Below, one piece after another: positions 63,503 to 64,000 of a DNA stretch of 64,000 bases. Positions within the stretch are counted from its first letter, which is position 1. Each line of letters starts with the position of its first letter. The notes beneath the pieces were generated by a model that saw only the letters and a list, made by a program, of their open reading frames with translations, was not told the DNA's origin and ran no database searches. A program made the position numbers and the translations under genes. The stretch is from Alphaproteobacteria bacterium (GTDB lineage: Bacteria > Pseudomonadota > Alphaproteobacteria > UBA828): NCBI GenBank assembly GCA_965237415.1, contig CBDEFM010000002.1, positions 1,952,001 to 2,016,000 on the forward strand, written 5' to 3'.

Positions 63503-63892
63503 CTATTTGATTTCGAGGGACGTGTCGAGCAATTTGGCACAGGCCTCGGCCACATCGTTGTTCGGCTCCGCCCCGCCGGGGAAAGTTGCCCAGCCGGCTT
63601 CTATCAGATGGTTGTCGCGTTGCCACGACTTGACCGCGGCGAAACTAGCTACCAAGCCATTATCGGCATTGGCCGCCTCCTCGAATTTCGCGGCACAAAT
63701 CGGGGCCAGAGCCTGGACCATTGCTGTTTGGGCCGCTACTTCGGCGTTTTTAGTGGCAGTGCTACCGAGAAGCAATATGCCCGTAGAAAAGCCGATGACC
63801 ACGGTGGCAACCACACCCACCACTAACCCTTGAATGAGACGTGTCGGAGATTTTCCATCAACATATGGAGATAAGAAAGCAGGTGTTCGCAT
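63503..63892 (-). CDS. Hypothetical single-pass membrane protein
   Basis: RBS GGAGAGG; TM GLVVGVVATVVIGF; ALAPICAAKF..GWATFPG..VAEACAKLL with two Cys. Confidence 0.7.
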   Translation of the reverse strand: MRTPAFLSPYVDGKSPTRLIQGLVVGVVATVVIGFSTGILLLGSTATKNAEVAAQTAMVQALAPICAAKFEEAANADNGLVASFAAVKSWQRDNHLIEAGWATFPGGAEPNNDVAEACAKLLDTSLEIK

Positions 63893-64000
63893 GGGATGCC
63901 CTCTCCCATACCGAGAGCGGAGTGTTCCACCCTACCACGCCCACGGTAGCACGCTCATCCCATTCTTGCTAGGCGGTGTCCTCGTTCAGCACATCTGAGA

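Overview
GC-rich alphaproteobacterial chromosome segment (Rhodospirillales-like gene content; the taxonomy is inferred). Core blocks: zur-znuC-znuB-hisI; PA0069-family radical SAM-rnhB-L,D-transpeptidase; yggS; ppiD / trpD-trpC-moaC-moeA; tpiA-secG-pyrG-kdsA; thrB-rnhA; a fused indolepyruvate:ferredoxin oxidoreductase; tRNA-Asn(GTT). Accessory blocks: a decaying amidase/Dpp-ABC catabolic region with two sharp deletion junctions, a GS-like plus cysteine hydrolase pair, a PotABCD-type ABC transporter, a sugar-acid module, vapBC, and a complete clade I nosRZDFYLX cluster with an FNR-type box. There are also IS481 and IS3 remnants. Most notable: (1) a lone Mu gp27/DUF3486-like gene bracketed by a 33-bp hairpin motif and a TCCCACTTAA tandem array, with a gene-less miniature carrying the same two ends about 21 kb away (candidate new element family); (2) a TA-flanked MITE inserted at codon 3-4 of tpiA whose right inverted repeat supplies a replacement in-frame ATG; (3) trpC and moaC in one open frame; (4) a LexA box over a probably leaderless promoter of the radical SAM gene; (5) a substrate-binding protein fused to a permease. 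All calls come from reading the sequence; no database searches were run.
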